Of a DNA stretch of 57,001 nt, positions 22,726 to 32,585 are shown one piece after another. A model generated the notes under the pieces. The model had not been told where the DNA came from. It worked only from the letters and a program-made list of their open reading frames with translations, and did no database searches. The DNA comes from Vulcanimicrobiales bacterium. Its GTDB lineage: Bacteria > Vulcanimicrobiota > Vulcanimicrobiia > Vulcanimicrobiales > Vulcanimicrobiaceae. The DNA lies in the NCBI GenBank assembly GCA_038231455.1, contig JBBRLI010000019.1:1-57001 (forward strand), read 5' to 3'. Position numbers and translations under genes: made by a program. Within the stretch, counting starts at the first letter, position 1. Every line of letters begins with the position of its first letter.

Positions 22726-23325
22726 TTATCGCGCGATGCCGTAGTCGATCGGCTTAAACGCATAGTTGTTGGACTGTTCGGCAGAACACGCCGTCAGTCC
22801 AATAATTAAGTCCATCTCCGCACGCAGGACGATGCGCTCGCCCGCGCGCGAGAGCGGCGGACGAACGATGAGCGCTCCGCTCGCGTCGATTTCGACGTTC
22901 ATGAAGAGATTGAACGTGGAGGGAATCGCATCCGGCGCGATCCCGAACGGTTGCAAGTGCTCGCAGAGGTTCTCAAAACAGCTCGGATGCGGCCCGTGCT
23001 CGCCATAGATGATGGCAAACGTCTCGCGGCTGCAAGGCGTAAGCAAGAAATCGTGTCGCCCGACGTCATCGCGGAGAATCGTGAACATCGGCGTGCTTCG
23101 ATTCGAGTACAACACATGCCCCGTTGTCAGCGCGATCGTGCTTGCATAATCGATCGATCGACCGGAGGACAGCACCGCTCGCGGGTCGGCGCGATCGAAC
23201 GCGATGAGGTCGGCAACTTGTTCGCCCATCGGGTCGACGACGTGCAATTCTTCACCGCGTGCTAGCAAAAATGCCGTGCCGGACTGCGGCGCGATGCGGC
23301 TTAGGGACGGCGAGAGAACGGACAT
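22726..23325 (-). CDS. DUF1989 (urea carboxylase-associated / carboxyguanidine deiminase-like) protein
   Basis: VVDPMGEQVAD, LYSN, GRHDFLLTPCS, CFENL, NLFMNV, LRAEMDLIIGLTACS. Confidence 0.9.
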   Translation of the reverse strand: MSVLSPSLSRIAPQSGTAFLLARGEELHVVDPMGEQVADLIAFDRADPRAVLSSGRSIDYASTIALTTGHVLYSNRSTPMFTILRDDVGRHDFLLTPCSRETFAIIYGEHGPHPSCFENLCEHLQPFGIAPDAIPSTFNLFMNVEIDASGALIVRPPLSRAGERIVLRAEMDLIIGLTACSAEQSNNYAFKPIDYGIAR

Positions 23326-24104
23326 GCCCAGTCATCCTCCACCGGACGCCCCGAATATTGACGCGCCTCCGAACGTTCGCCAAAATTCGCTAAGTTGGCG
23401 TTGATCGAACCATCGAGTTCGGTTTCACGCGATCGAATCTGTCGCTGCAGACCCGCGAATTGCCCTTTATCGCGCAGATTTTCAAATTGCTCGTGCGCGT
23501 TGAAAACGAGCGTCGGCCAGGCAAATCGGCGCGCGCTGCGTGTCGCCAGTGGATGCATTCCCACGATGAAAAACGCCTGACCGGCAATGCTAAATGAGAA
23601 ATCGCCGTCGTGCGGATCGTCTGAAACGCGCTCGTCCCAGGAATGATGCGGTCGATCGAGCGCGTGCAACAACTCGAGTTGACGCCACAACTGTTCTTCG
23701 AAGGCCGCTTCCCCCGCAATCGAGCGATCGCGGAAGATCGCAACGAACGTTGTGAAGTCACCTTCGAATCCCCGGCGCTCTTCAGCAAAGGCATACAGGT
23801 CGCGCGCGAGGCCTTCGCTTACGGCGGGATCGGCAAGCGATTCATACACGCCGACGCGATACGTCCCGCGCCGAATGGCGGCCTTTGCACCCAGACACGA
23901 AAATCGCTCATCGAGTACGAACGTGCGAAACGCCGCGTGGGCGACGCGAGCAAACGGCGAGACGGGCGCCGTTTCGAGCAGGCGCACGAGTTCACCGGAT
24001 GTAGCGCCGCTATAGCTTGAGTGCGCGCGGGCGGCGTCGCTGCCAAATGGGTTGCTCGACCAAACGGATTGCAAGTATTCGAGCGCGGAGGTTCCAGAAT
24101 TCAC
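23301..24104 (-). CDS. YqcI/YcgG family heme-dependent guanidino N-hydroxylase-like protein (GntA/DcsA-like)
   Basis: FSCLGAKAA, FEEQLWRQL, FSFSIAGQAFFIVGMHP, RRF, VFNAHEQF, SEARQYSGR, WACPF. Confidence 0.85.
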   Translation of the reverse strand: MNSGTSALEYLQSVWSSNPFGSDAARAHSSYSGATSGELVRLLETAPVSPFARVAHAAFRTFVLDERFSCLGAKAAIRRGTYRVGVYESLADPAVSEGLARDLYAFAEERRGFEGDFTTFVAIFRDRSIAGEAAFEEQLWRQLELLHALDRPHHSWDERVSDDPHDGDFSFSIAGQAFFIVGMHPLATRSARRFAWPTLVFNAHEQFENLRDKGQFAGLQRQIRSRETELDGSINANLANFGERSEARQYSGRPVEDDWACPFSRRP

Positions 24105-24184
24105 CCAATAGTTCTACCCCGCTCTCGTCCGTCCAATCCTCCGATGTAGCAGGGCTTTGTTCGGGTGCTTTCAAGTCCCCATTC

Positions 24185-24577
24185 GTGGAATTACGACTGC
24201 TTGACGAAATATTTGCAATCGTGCGGATGGGAGCCGGTCAACCGGTCCCACCCTGGGTCGGCGGTACGGATTTGCTTGCGGTTGTCCGCACACGGCGCGA
24301 GCTTTCGATCGTCTGCCGTGATGATGCCGTGCCGGCGACGCACACCGAAGTCCAGCGCAATTTCCGCGGGCTCGCGGTCACCGGGACGCTGGATTTCACG
24401 TTGACCGGCATCATCGCCGATCTCGCGCGCCCCCTCGCCGATGCGGGCATCTCGATCTTCGGCATCTCGACGTACGACACCGACCATATCCTCGTGCGCG
24501 CCGACCAGCTCGAACACGCGCAAGCCGCTCTGCGCGCGGCCGGACACACGTTTCGTGAGGACCGGACGCCCGCTTAA
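24185..24577 (+). CDS. Tandem ACT-domain protein (DUF2241/ACT_7 type)
   Basis: VRTRRELSIVC, GTLDFTLTGIIA, LADAGISIFGISTYDTDHILV. Confidence 0.88.
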   Translation: MELRLLDEIFAIVRMGAGQPVPPWVGGTDLLAVVRTRRELSIVCRDDAVPATHTEVQRNFRGLAVTGTLDFTLTGIIADLARPLADAGISIFGISTYDTDHILVRADQLEHAQAALRAAGHTFREDRTPA

Positions 24578-25401
24578 AAGCGAGCGATCAATTCTGCAAC
24601 TTCGTCGGGTGCCTCAACGGGCAGATTGTGACCGACGCCGCGCAACCCGACGAAGAGCGCACCGCGAATGGGCTCGACGACATCGCGACGTAGTCGAGCA
24701 GGCGGTGCGAGCGGATCGCCATCGGCACCCATCACGGCGGTCGGTAAGGTGATCGCACCAAGACGGTCGCTAAAGTCTGCCGCTCGACCGCGGTCGTACC
24801 ATCCAAACCACGCTTCCCGCTGGGCGAGAAGTGCATCTTCGGTGAGGCGGAGCATCGTATCTTGTGCGACTGCGCGTACCATTGCCGCGCGCTGGAAACG
24901 TTCGATGCGAAGGCGCGATCCGAACGCCTCCTCGGCGAGCGCGCGATGCTTCGGATTCATTGCAAACGCACGCGCACTGCCGGGAGCCAGCAACACGAGT
25001 CGCTGAAGGTTTCCCGGCGGATCGAGAGCCACGAACTGCGCCACCTTACCACCCATCGAATGCGCGACGATCGTCACCGGCGCATCGATGCTCGCGAGCA
25101 CGGCGCGTAGATCGGCAGCGTACCCATCGAGGTCGTGTCCATCGAGCGGACGATCGCTGATGCCGACCCCCCGAAAATCCATCGCGTGAATCGTGAAACG
25201 ATCGAGATCGATGCGATCCATGACGTCGTACCACATCCGGCGCGAACTGATCCAGCCGTGCACGAAGAGCAGTGCCGCAGCACCCCGGCCGCGGGTTTCG
25301 ACGGCGAGGATCACGCCGTCGTTGTCAACGAATCGCGCGTAGACGGGGAGTTCGCGATGCGGCGTTGCGGTGAGCTCGGGATCGGGCCGAAGGCGGACCA
25401 T
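24574..25401 (-). CDS. Alpha/beta fold hydrolase
   Basis: FVHGW, DFRGVG, AHSMGG nucleophile elbow, DPL, GHNLPVEAP. Confidence 0.9.
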   Translation of the reverse strand: MVRLRPDPELTATPHRELPVYARFVDNDGVILAVETRGRGAAALLFVHGWISSRRMWYDVMDRIDLDRFTIHAMDFRGVGISDRPLDGHDLDGYAADLRAVLASIDAPVTIVAHSMGGKVAQFVALDPPGNLQRLVLLAPGSARAFAMNPKHRALAEEAFGSRLRIERFQRAAMVRAVAQDTMLRLTEDALLAQREAWFGWYDRGRAADFSDRLGAITLPTAVMGADGDPLAPPARLRRDVVEPIRGALFVGLRGVGHNLPVEAPDEVAELIARF

Positions 25402-25465
25402 CAGCGGACGCGAGCCGGTCGCGTGAATTCATCATCCACGTTGAAGTCCTCAAAAGAGTACGGCA

Positions 25466-26209
25466 TTAGACGGGAGCCAACCCCACCGTCCGACCGCCAT
25501 CCGCACAGATCACCTGGCCCGTCAGGTAACTTGAATCGGCGGATGCAAGAAAGAGTGCGACGCTCGCGATTTCTTCCGGCTTCCCCGTACGCTTGAGCGG
25601 CGTCTGTTCGATCGCGCGATCGCGGAGTTTATCGGGGACCACGCTCGTCATCGGCGTTTCGATGAAGCCCGGCGCAATCGCATTGACGCGGATGCCACGC
25701 TTGCCAAGTTCCAATGCAAGGGTCCGCGTCAAGCTAACGACGCCTCCTTTGGAGGCCGCGTAGTTGGCTTGACCGATGTTCCCAAAATACGAGCGCGAAG
25801 ACGTCAGCACGATCGCGCCGCCGTCGCGCATCGCAGGCGCAACCGCTTGGGCGACCACGAACGTTCCCGTCAAATTGACGTGGATAACCGCGGTCCAATC
25901 CTCGAGAGACATTTTTTGATAGAGCGCGTCTTTCGTGATTCCCGCGAAGTGCGCCAAGATATCGATGCCCCCGTGCGTTTTGAGGGCGAACGCAACGAGT
26001 GCCGCCATCGCGTCTGGATCGCAGATGTCCGCCGGGTAGGCGCTCGCGCGGTCGCCGAACGTCGCAATCGCGCCGCGCACCGCCTCAGCATCGCGATCCA
26101 CGGCGACAACGTGTGCACCCTCCGCAATAAAACGAGCAAGGGTCGCTCGACCGATGCCACTAGCGGCTCCGGTGACGATTGCGGTTGATCCTACCAGGCG
26201 ATCGGACAT
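25466..26209 (-). CDS. Short-chain dehydrogenase/reductase, FabG-like
   Basis: TGAASGIG, GNIGQANYAASKGG, VNAIAPGFIET. Confidence 0.92.
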   Translation of the reverse strand: MSDRLVGSTAIVTGAASGIGRATLARFIAEGAHVVAVDRDAEAVRGAIATFGDRASAYPADICDPDAMAALVAFALKTHGGIDILAHFAGITKDALYQKMSLEDWTAVIHVNLTGTFVVAQAVAPAMRDGGAIVLTSSRSYFGNIGQANYAASKGGVVSLTRTLALELGKRGIRVNAIAPGFIETPMTSVVPDKLRDRAIEQTPLKRTGKPEEIASVALFLASADSSYLTGQVICADGGRTVGLAPV

Positions 26210-26267
26210 CTTTCTCTCCCCGATTACTTCGACCCGGCTTCATTCGCAGTCCCTTGCAAGCTTCTTT

Positions 26268-29200
26268 TCAGACAAGCGCAGCTTCGTGTACCGATTGCCT
26301 GCCGGCTTCGACGAGTCGCGCGAGCGCATTCACGAGTTGCATCTGATCGACCGTCGTACAGCGAATCTGTAAGAGCGCCGGCGAGTAGACGACCGTCGCG
26401 ATCGCCCGAGCACGGGAGATCGCGACGTTGAGGCGATTGCGGTCGAAGAGAAATTCCAGATCGCGGGGGACATCATCGCCGCTCGAGGTCGTCATCGAGT
26501 AGAGAACGACGGCGGCTTCCTGGCCCTGAAACGTATCGACGGTTCCCACCCGGACACGTTCGAGACCACGCGCGGCAAGCGTCATCCGTAGGCGTGCGAC
26601 CTGCGCGTTGTAGGGCGCGACGACGAGCACGTCGCGCTCGAGATCGAGCGCGCGCTCTTCGCCGAAGCGATCGATCAATCGCGCACGTGCCAGTTGCGCG
26701 ATCTCATCCGCGATTCGCGCCGCTTCGGCCGGCGAATCGGACGAGCAGTGCACGTGCTCCACGGGGATCGCGCGCAATCCGGAGCCCGCAATCGCGCCGG
26801 GCGCGATGATGCGCTGAAGCGCGCACGACGGGTCGCTGCGAAGCCGACCGTCGTACATCATCTCGGAGACGAAGTCTCCGATCTCCGGATGCATCCGGTA
26901 CGATGTCGAGAGAAACACCCCGCGCCGCACGTCGATCGTGCGTGCATCGCCGAGCATCTGCTCGAGAATCGAGCGATCCGCGCCTTCGGGGTGCGTTCCC
27001 GTCGACACGTGCGCGAGTTGCGCGGGATCGCCAAGCAAGAGCGCGCTTCGCGCCGCCCCCATCATGACGACGGCGTCGGCAAGCGACACTTGGCCCGCCT
27101 CATCGATCACCAGGACGTCGAGCGAATCGACCATGTCGGCGCGGGCGAACAGCCACGCGGTACCGGCGATCAAGCGAACCTCGGCGCTGGGCGGGAAAGC
27201 ATCGCTTGCCGATTCACTGCCGATTGCACCGCTCAGCGAGAGATACGCGGACTCCGGCTCGCCGGCCGTCGACTTTTTCAGACCGGCGAACGTCACGCCC
27301 GCATCGCGCGCAACCGATTCGACTTCGCGCAGCATGTTGTGAATCGCCTTATGCGTTTGAGCAGCGACGCCGACTCGTCGGCCGCGGCGAAGTAGTTCGA
27401 CGATCGCCCGCGCACCGGTGTACGTCTTGCCCGTGCCGGGCGGGCCTTGCACGACGAGCGTACTTTCATCGAGATCGTCGACCAGCTCACCGACATCCGT
27501 CTCGGCACCGCGATCGACGATCGAACGCGGCGTCCGGAACCGCGTCGGCGCGGCCGTCAAGATGTCGCGAATCGCACGGAACGATCCCTCATTGGCGACA
27601 AGCGAACGCGCGATCCGTTTGATCGCCGCACGCTGTTCTTTATCGCCGATGGGTTTGGTCGGGATCAGCGCACGGGGGAGCGCCGTCGTAAGGAGTGAGG
27701 GTCCGCGTTTGAGAACGAGGCGACCGCGCGTCGCATCGATTTCCTCGATCGAGAGAATCTCACCGGCGTTCTTGCGCGTGATGGGGTCGAGGGCGCTTTT
27801 CCCCGCGCGAAACTTATGGCGTTGAAGTGGAAAATCGAGCGTATGTGCTAGCGATTTCTTCTCCGCCCGGGGTTCAATCGTCGTCTCCAGCAGATCGCCG
27901 ATCGATTCCGAATCATCCACTAAATCGGTTGGCAGGACGCTGCAGCGTTCGAAAAACGCGCGCCACTCGGGCTTTGCTTCGCGCCGGTGGTAATCGAGCA
28001 ACGCACCGATCAAACGTTTCGCTCGCTCCAGGGGTGTTGCCGTCGAATCAATTTCGGTATCGCAGCCGAGTTCCGTGCGTAAGGCATCGATCGCTTCGCG
28101 TTCTTCGATCTGTTCTGGCGATTCCTCGCGGCTTTCGTCAGCGGGCTCGGCATAGAGGGCACCCTCGCGTTCGGCCTCGGCCTTGCGTTCGAGCAGCCAC
28201 GCGTGCAACTGCAACGTGGAGTCGCAGTCGTCTTTATTATACGCTTCGATTTCGTCGAGCACGTGCTGGGCACGTGTCTTGCGGTAGGTCTCGTACGCCA
28301 CAACCGAGCCCATCGCGGTTGTAACGTCCGCAGACCGGTTGCGGTCGAGATAAAACTTCTCGACCGCTTTGATCGAGTAGCTCGGTGTCGAAAGGCGCAG
28401 CGATTGGGTGACGACGCGGTACAGATCGACGAAGACGCCTGACCGCAGCAGCGCATCGACGATCGGCTCGTGCGCGGTCGCATCACCCATGCGCGCGATC
28501 GCCGTCGTCTCGTATGGCGCGTAGTGGTATACGTGTGCATCCGGATAGCGCTCGAGTCGCGCACGCACAAAATCGATGAATTCCTCGAACGCGGCGCGCT
28601 CCGATTCGCGCGTATGGCCCCAAAATGCGCGGAACGTTGGGGATCCGGTGTCATCACGATACGTCACACCCCAGAGATACTCAAGCGATCCGCCCTCGAA
28701 CCACGGATCGCCCTCCATGTCGAAGTACAAGTCGCCAGCGGAAGGCGGCGGCAACAGCCCAAACCCGCGTCCGGCGATGAGCGGAAGCAGTTCGTATTCT
28801 AAGCCGTTGCCAGCCCGCGAATATGCTTGCAAGCGCGCCTGAGCGCGCAGCGTTTGCCAGGTCGAATCGGCCATTGCCGGAGGCCGGTCCTCATTGCCTG
28901 CCGCTCCGAGCGATGCGAGCGTTGCGATCCCAACGGCACGCAGTTTCGCAATTTGTTCGCGGCGGATCCCGGCGACTAGACTCAAATGATCTTCTTCATC
29001 GCGTTGTTTCGCACAGGCATCGGACCAGCGGCAGGTGGCACATGCGCCGATTTTTTCCGGCGTGGTTGCGGGAACTCGGCCGAGCGCCGTTACGAACCGC
29101 ACTCGGAGGGCGCGAAAGTACGCTTCGAATTCGACGTAACGATACGACTCGCGTCGTCCGTCGCCAAGGATGACGTGCATTTCAAGCGGCACGATCCCTT

Positions 29201-29681
29201 GCACGCGCGCGAGTGCTTCGCTGTACGCGCAGAGCTGCACGATTGCGCCCGGTTTCGCGCGACGTGCGAGCTTGATATCCGCGACTTCATACGACCAGCC
29301 GCGGCCAGGCGCCGGGCGCTCCCGACGTTCCAGCACATCGGCGATTCCGACAAAGTCGCCCTCGACGAACGTCGCCCCGACGATCGCATCGACGCCGGCA
29401 TCGATTGCTGCAAGCGTCTCACGCGCCGCGCGCATGTACCCCTGCGCACCGACCGGACGCGCGATCTCGATCGTGCTCCTGCCCGCAGCACGCATATCCG
29501 CCAATTGCTCGGATTCGTGGAGCCGCCCACGTTCGAAGATCATGTCGTCCTCGGCGGTCAGCGGAGGACGTGTGAGAACGCGTTCGGCGACGGCGCGTTC
29601 CAGCGATGAGAGATGCTCGCACGTCAGGAAATCGACAAGATCGGTCGCCGAATAGGCCAAGCGGCCATCGATACGCTCCAT
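26268..29681 (-). CDS. TM0106-family RecB/Cas4-like nuclease fused to RNase H-like domain and Upf1/Dna2-like SF1 helicase
   Basis: SATDL..FLTCEH, GIADVL, EVADIKLA, QLCAYS, CATCRWSDAC, YFDMEGDP, VYHYAPYE, YNKDDC, QGPPGTGKT, IDEAGQ, GDPAQL, YRMHP, TVDTFQGQEA, NRLNVAISRA. Confidence 0.9.
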   Translation of the reverse strand: MERIDGRLAYSATDLVDFLTCEHLSSLERAVAERVLTRPPLTAEDDMIFERGRLHESEQLADMRAAGRSTIEIARPVGAQGYMRAARETLAAIDAGVDAIVGATFVEGDFVGIADVLERRERPAPGRGWSYEVADIKLARRAKPGAIVQLCAYSEALARVQGIVPLEMHVILGDGRRESYRYVEFEAYFRALRVRFVTALGRVPATTPEKIGACATCRWSDACAKQRDEEDHLSLVAGIRREQIAKLRAVGIATLASLGAAGNEDRPPAMADSTWQTLRAQARLQAYSRAGNGLEYELLPLIAGRGFGLLPPPSAGDLYFDMEGDPWFEGGSLEYLWGVTYRDDTGSPTFRAFWGHTRESERAAFEEFIDFVRARLERYPDAHVYHYAPYETTAIARMGDATAHEPIVDALLRSGVFVDLYRVVTQSLRLSTPSYSIKAVEKFYLDRNRSADVTTAMGSVVAYETYRKTRAQHVLDEIEAYNKDDCDSTLQLHAWLLERKAEAEREGALYAEPADESREESPEQIEEREAIDALRTELGCDTEIDSTATPLERAKRLIGALLDYHRREAKPEWRAFFERCSVLPTDLVDDSESIGDLLETTIEPRAEKKSLAHTLDFPLQRHKFRAGKSALDPITRKNAGEILSIEEIDATRGRLVLKRGPSLLTTALPRALIPTKPIGDKEQRAAIKRIARSLVANEGSFRAIRDILTAAPTRFRTPRSIVDRGAETDVGELVDDLDESTLVVQGPPGTGKTYTGARAIVELLRRGRRVGVAAQTHKAIHNMLREVESVARDAGVTFAGLKKSTAGEPESAYLSLSGAIGSESASDAFPPSAEVRLIAGTAWLFARADMVDSLDVLVIDEAGQVSLADAVVMMGAARSALLLGDPAQLAHVSTGTHPEGADRSILEQMLGDARTIDVRRGVFLSTSYRMHPEIGDFVSEMMYDGRLRSDPSCALQRIIAPGAIAGSGLRAIPVEHVHCSSDSPAEAARIADEIAQLARARLIDRFGEERALDLERDVLVVAPYNAQVARLRMTLAARGLERVRVGTVDTFQGQEAAVVLYSMTTSSGDDVPRDLEFLFDRNRLNVAISRARAIATVVYSPALLQIRCTTVDQMQLVNALARLVEAGRQSVHEAALV

Positions 29682-29728
29682 CTCGCTACGATACGACACG
29701 GGCGTGACAGATGGCTGGCATTCCATAG

Positions 29729-31246
29729 CTAGGTTCGAATGGGTTTCCCCGAGACGGTAAGCGCGGCGATGAGGGCGCTGAGTGCACACCCGATCGACGC
29801 CACGATCATGACGACACGAAAGCCGGCCAGAAAGCCCTCGCGGAGCGCGTCGTCCGTTGCCGCACGATCCGCGGCCGGGATCTCGGGGGGAACGCTACCG
29901 GCGGCAAACGCCGTGTGATGATCGCGCGCGAACGACTGCGTCTGGACGCTGACGTGCGCATGCGCGAGTCGGTGGTCAAACGATCGCTGGAACGTCGCCG
30001 TCAAGACGATTCCGAGCACGGCAACGGCGATGAGCCCGGCCGTTCGCGCGACGGCATTATTGACACCCGATGCGATACCGGAGTGACCCGCCGGTGCAGC
30101 GTCGAGCACGACGGTCGTGAGCGGAGCAACGAAGAGCGCACCGCCGATCCCGAGCGCAACGCTCGCGGGGAAATAGGTCACCCAGTATGACCCGCCGATT
30201 CCCGGGATGGCGAAGAGTGCAAAGGCAAGGGCCGCGACGAGCGCGCCGAGGACCAGCGGCGTGCGCGCACCGATGCGCGAGACGAGCCCGCCCGACCAGC
30301 GTGAGAACAAGAACTGGATGAAGACGAACGGTAGGAACGACGCCCCTGCGGCGACCGCCGTGTAATGTTGCACGTCAATGAGCGTAAACGGTAAAAAATA
30401 GAGACTTCCGCCGAGCGCGGCGTAGAGAACAAACGTGTAGATGTTGGCGCCGGTGAACGTGCGCGAGGCGAAGAGGCTTGGCGGCAGCATCGGATCTTTT
30501 ACCCGCCGTTCGACAACCACGAATGCCGCGAGCAGCACCGCTCCGAGGGCAAGCGTCGCAAGCCCAACGGGGTCGTTGTTGCGCGCCTGAATGCGGATCA
30601 GTCCGAACACGAGGGTGCCAAGACCAAAGGTGGCAAGCAACGCACCGCGGACATCGAGCGACCGCGGTGCGGTTTCATCGCGACTCTCGGGCACGCGTAG
30701 CGCGCACACCGCAAGCACGACGAGTGCAAGCGGAAGATTGATCAAAAAGACCCAGCGCCACGAAAACGTCTGCGCGAGCCACCCCCCAAGGACCGGTCCA
30801 CCGGCAGCCGTGATCGACGCGAAGCCGCTCCACGTGCCGATCGCGCGACCGCGCGATGCCCCGCTAAAGTTCGCGCTGATGAGCGCGAGGCTGCCGGGCG
30901 TCGCAAGCGCCCCTCCACAACCTTGCAGGCAGCGGGCAGCAACCAGCACGTCGACGTTCTGCGCGAGCGCGCACGCAAGCGACGCGAGGGCAAACACACT
31001 TACTCCGACGGCGAAAATCAATCGGCGGCCGAAACGATCGCCAAGCGACCCACCGATGAGGATGAGCGCGGAGAGAAAGAGTGCGTAGCCTTCCACGACC
31101 CATTGGAGTTGCGTCGAATCGGCGTGCAAATCGCGCTGCAAAATGGGCAGCGCAACATTTACCGCCGAGCCGTCGATGAAGCTCATGCTCGAGCCCACGA
31201 TTGCAGCGACGAGCACCCAGGTCTGCGCGCGATCGTTCGGCTTCAC
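29729..31246 (-). CDS. DHA2-type MFS transporter
   Basis: IDGSAVNVALP, GGSLGDRFGRR, WRWVFLINLP; start placed at GTG (VKPNDR). Confidence 0.92.
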   Translation of the reverse strand: MKPNDRAQTWVLVAAIVGSSMSFIDGSAVNVALPILQRDLHADSTQLQWVVEGYALFLSALILIGGSLGDRFGRRLIFAVGVSVFALASLACALAQNVDVLVAARCLQGCGGALATPGSLALISANFSGASRGRAIGTWSGFASITAAGGPVLGGWLAQTFSWRWVFLINLPLALVVLAVCALRVPESRDETAPRSLDVRGALLATFGLGTLVFGLIRIQARNNDPVGLATLALGAVLLAAFVVVERRVKDPMLPPSLFASRTFTGANIYTFVLYAALGGSLYFLPFTLIDVQHYTAVAAGASFLPFVFIQFLFSRWSGGLVSRIGARTPLVLGALVAALAFALFAIPGIGGSYWVTYFPASVALGIGGALFVAPLTTVVLDAAPAGHSGIASGVNNAVARTAGLIAVAVLGIVLTATFQRSFDHRLAHAHVSVQTQSFARDHHTAFAAGSVPPEIPAADRAATDDALREGFLAGFRVVMIVASIGCALSALIAALTVSGKPIRT

Positions 31247-31318
31247 CCGGAGTTGGTGCAACGCAAAGGCTCCGCCCCCTCCGTGCGGTAGTTCTGGAGC
31301 ACCGCGAGGAGGTCCGAC

Positions 31319-31909
31319 GTGGCAAAAGCAGCCGCCGAAAAATCCGCCAAACCCAAGTCCGAACCCGCGCCCAAGGCACCGAAGGCAACACCGCAGGAGC
31401 GCATCCCGCGCCGCGTCGAGAATCCAACCGTCGACGATCTGCTCGCGATCGTCACCCGCGCGATTTTTCAAGCGGGCATGAGTTGGGCGGCGATCGATGC
31501 GCGCTGGGAGACGTTCCGCTCGGCCTTTGCCGAGTTCAAGGCGCGTGAAGTGGCGGCGTTCGGCGACTTTGAAACCGAGGAACTGATGCTGCGTGAGGGC
31601 ATCATTCACTCGCGAAAAAAAATCGTCGGCACGATTGCAAACGCCCGCGCCCTGCTCGAGATCGAACGCGAATTCGGCAGTTTTCACGCCTACGTCGGCG
31701 GGTTCGATTCATACGCGAGACTTGCGGCCGATCTCAAGAAACGGATCGCGTATCTTGGCGACTTGAGCGTTTACTATCTGCTGTTCCGCTCGGGCGAGCC
31801 CGTGCCGCGTTTTGAGGACTGGGAGAAAACGATCGAGGGCGATCACCCACGCATGCGTGAGATGATCGCCCTCGGGCGTTCGCTTGGAAAGACGAGCGAG
31901 GTGGTTTAG
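31319..31909 (+). CDS. tag: DNA-3-methyladenine glycosylase I-like protein
   Basis: FQAGMSWAAI, FRSAFAEF, GIIHSRKKI..TIANARA, EFGSF; GAGGAGG SD; Lys/Pro/Ala-rich N-terminus. Confidence 0.75.
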   Translation: MAKAAAEKSAKPKSEPAPKAPKATPQERIPRRVENPTVDDLLAIVTRAIFQAGMSWAAIDARWETFRSAFAEFKAREVAAFGDFETEELMLREGIIHSRKKIVGTIANARALLEIEREFGSFHAYVGGFDSYARLAADLKKRIAYLGDLSVYYLLFRSGEPVPRFEDWEKTIEGDHPRMREMIALGRSLGKTSEVV

Positions 31910-32532
31910 CCGGCAGACTGCCAGGCGTGGAGGACGTTCTCCTTGGCTTGCCAGTCGATCGTCGTATCGACGTCTTCACCATCGAGCACGAGCTCGTTAA
32001 CGACGACGGTCGGGATGGATTTGCTGATCGCCATGATGCATTCCGCATAGTCTTTGAGGAAGCGTTTAGCAAGATCGGCCGTGGTGCGGTCGCGCATCGA
32101 GAGCGCGGTTGCGTGCAGCAATTCGTAGCTCACGGTTGCGAGGCTCATCGCGGTTGAGTCATCGCGCAGGTCCTTGGTGACTTTGGTTTTGCGCGTTGCG
32201 TCGATCGCCGCTGCGAAGACACCGGCCACGGCGCTGACGCCTTCCTTCACCGGTGATGCCGCATGGCCGCCCAACGCTTGGAGATGCGATTCGAGCGCTG
32301 CGATGTGCGCGTCGTTAATGCCCTTGATACGCGAGACGATGCTCAAGGCTTCGGGAAATTTCTTGAGGTCATCGTCGCTCGTCTGTTTATTGAGCGGCTG
32401 ACCGATGTGCTTTTCGAGAGCGAGCATGTCGCTCACGTACGTGCGCAGCGACTTGAGGTTATTCTCTGTGATCTGGGTGGTCGAACCCGAGTCGTAACGG
32501 ATGGATTGTTGGCTGCTGGTCGTGTCGTTCAT
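31906..32532 (-). CDS. Ferritin-like (DUF892-related) stress protein
   Basis: YVSDMLALEKH, HIAALE, KDLRDD, SYELLH four-helix pattern. Confidence 0.7.
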   Translation of the reverse strand: MNDTTSSQQSIRYDSGSTTQITENNLKSLRTYVSDMLALEKHIGQPLNKQTSDDDLKKFPEALSIVSRIKGINDAHIAALESHLQALGGHAASPVKEGVSAVAGVFAAAIDATRKTKVTKDLRDDSTAMSLATVSYELLHATALSMRDRTTADLAKRFLKDYAECIMAISKSIPTVVVNELVLDGEDVDTTIDWQAKENVLHAWQSAG

Positions 32533-32585
32533 GGTCGACTCGTACCCCGGCCGAACCCAAACCATGAGGGCGGTCGATGGAGTGC

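Noticed and set aside
24105-24184. ACGG/ACGA words upstream of the YqcI-DUF1989 pair as a guanidine-II/III riboswitch
   Set aside because: The words are not in hairpin loops, and the required paired stems are absent.
26268-29681. Cas4-like domain as evidence of a CRISPR-Cas locus
   Set aside because: No cas1/cas2 or array in the window; the domain is part of a TM0106 fusion.
31247-31687. N-terminal extension of the MFS ORF to 652 aa
   Set aside because: Antisense to the tag-like gene; the start is better placed at 31246.
32541-32563. GGTTT...GGGTAC as a SigB/SigF promoter for the ferritin-like gene
   Set aside because: The spacer is only 11 nt, shorter than known consensus spacing.
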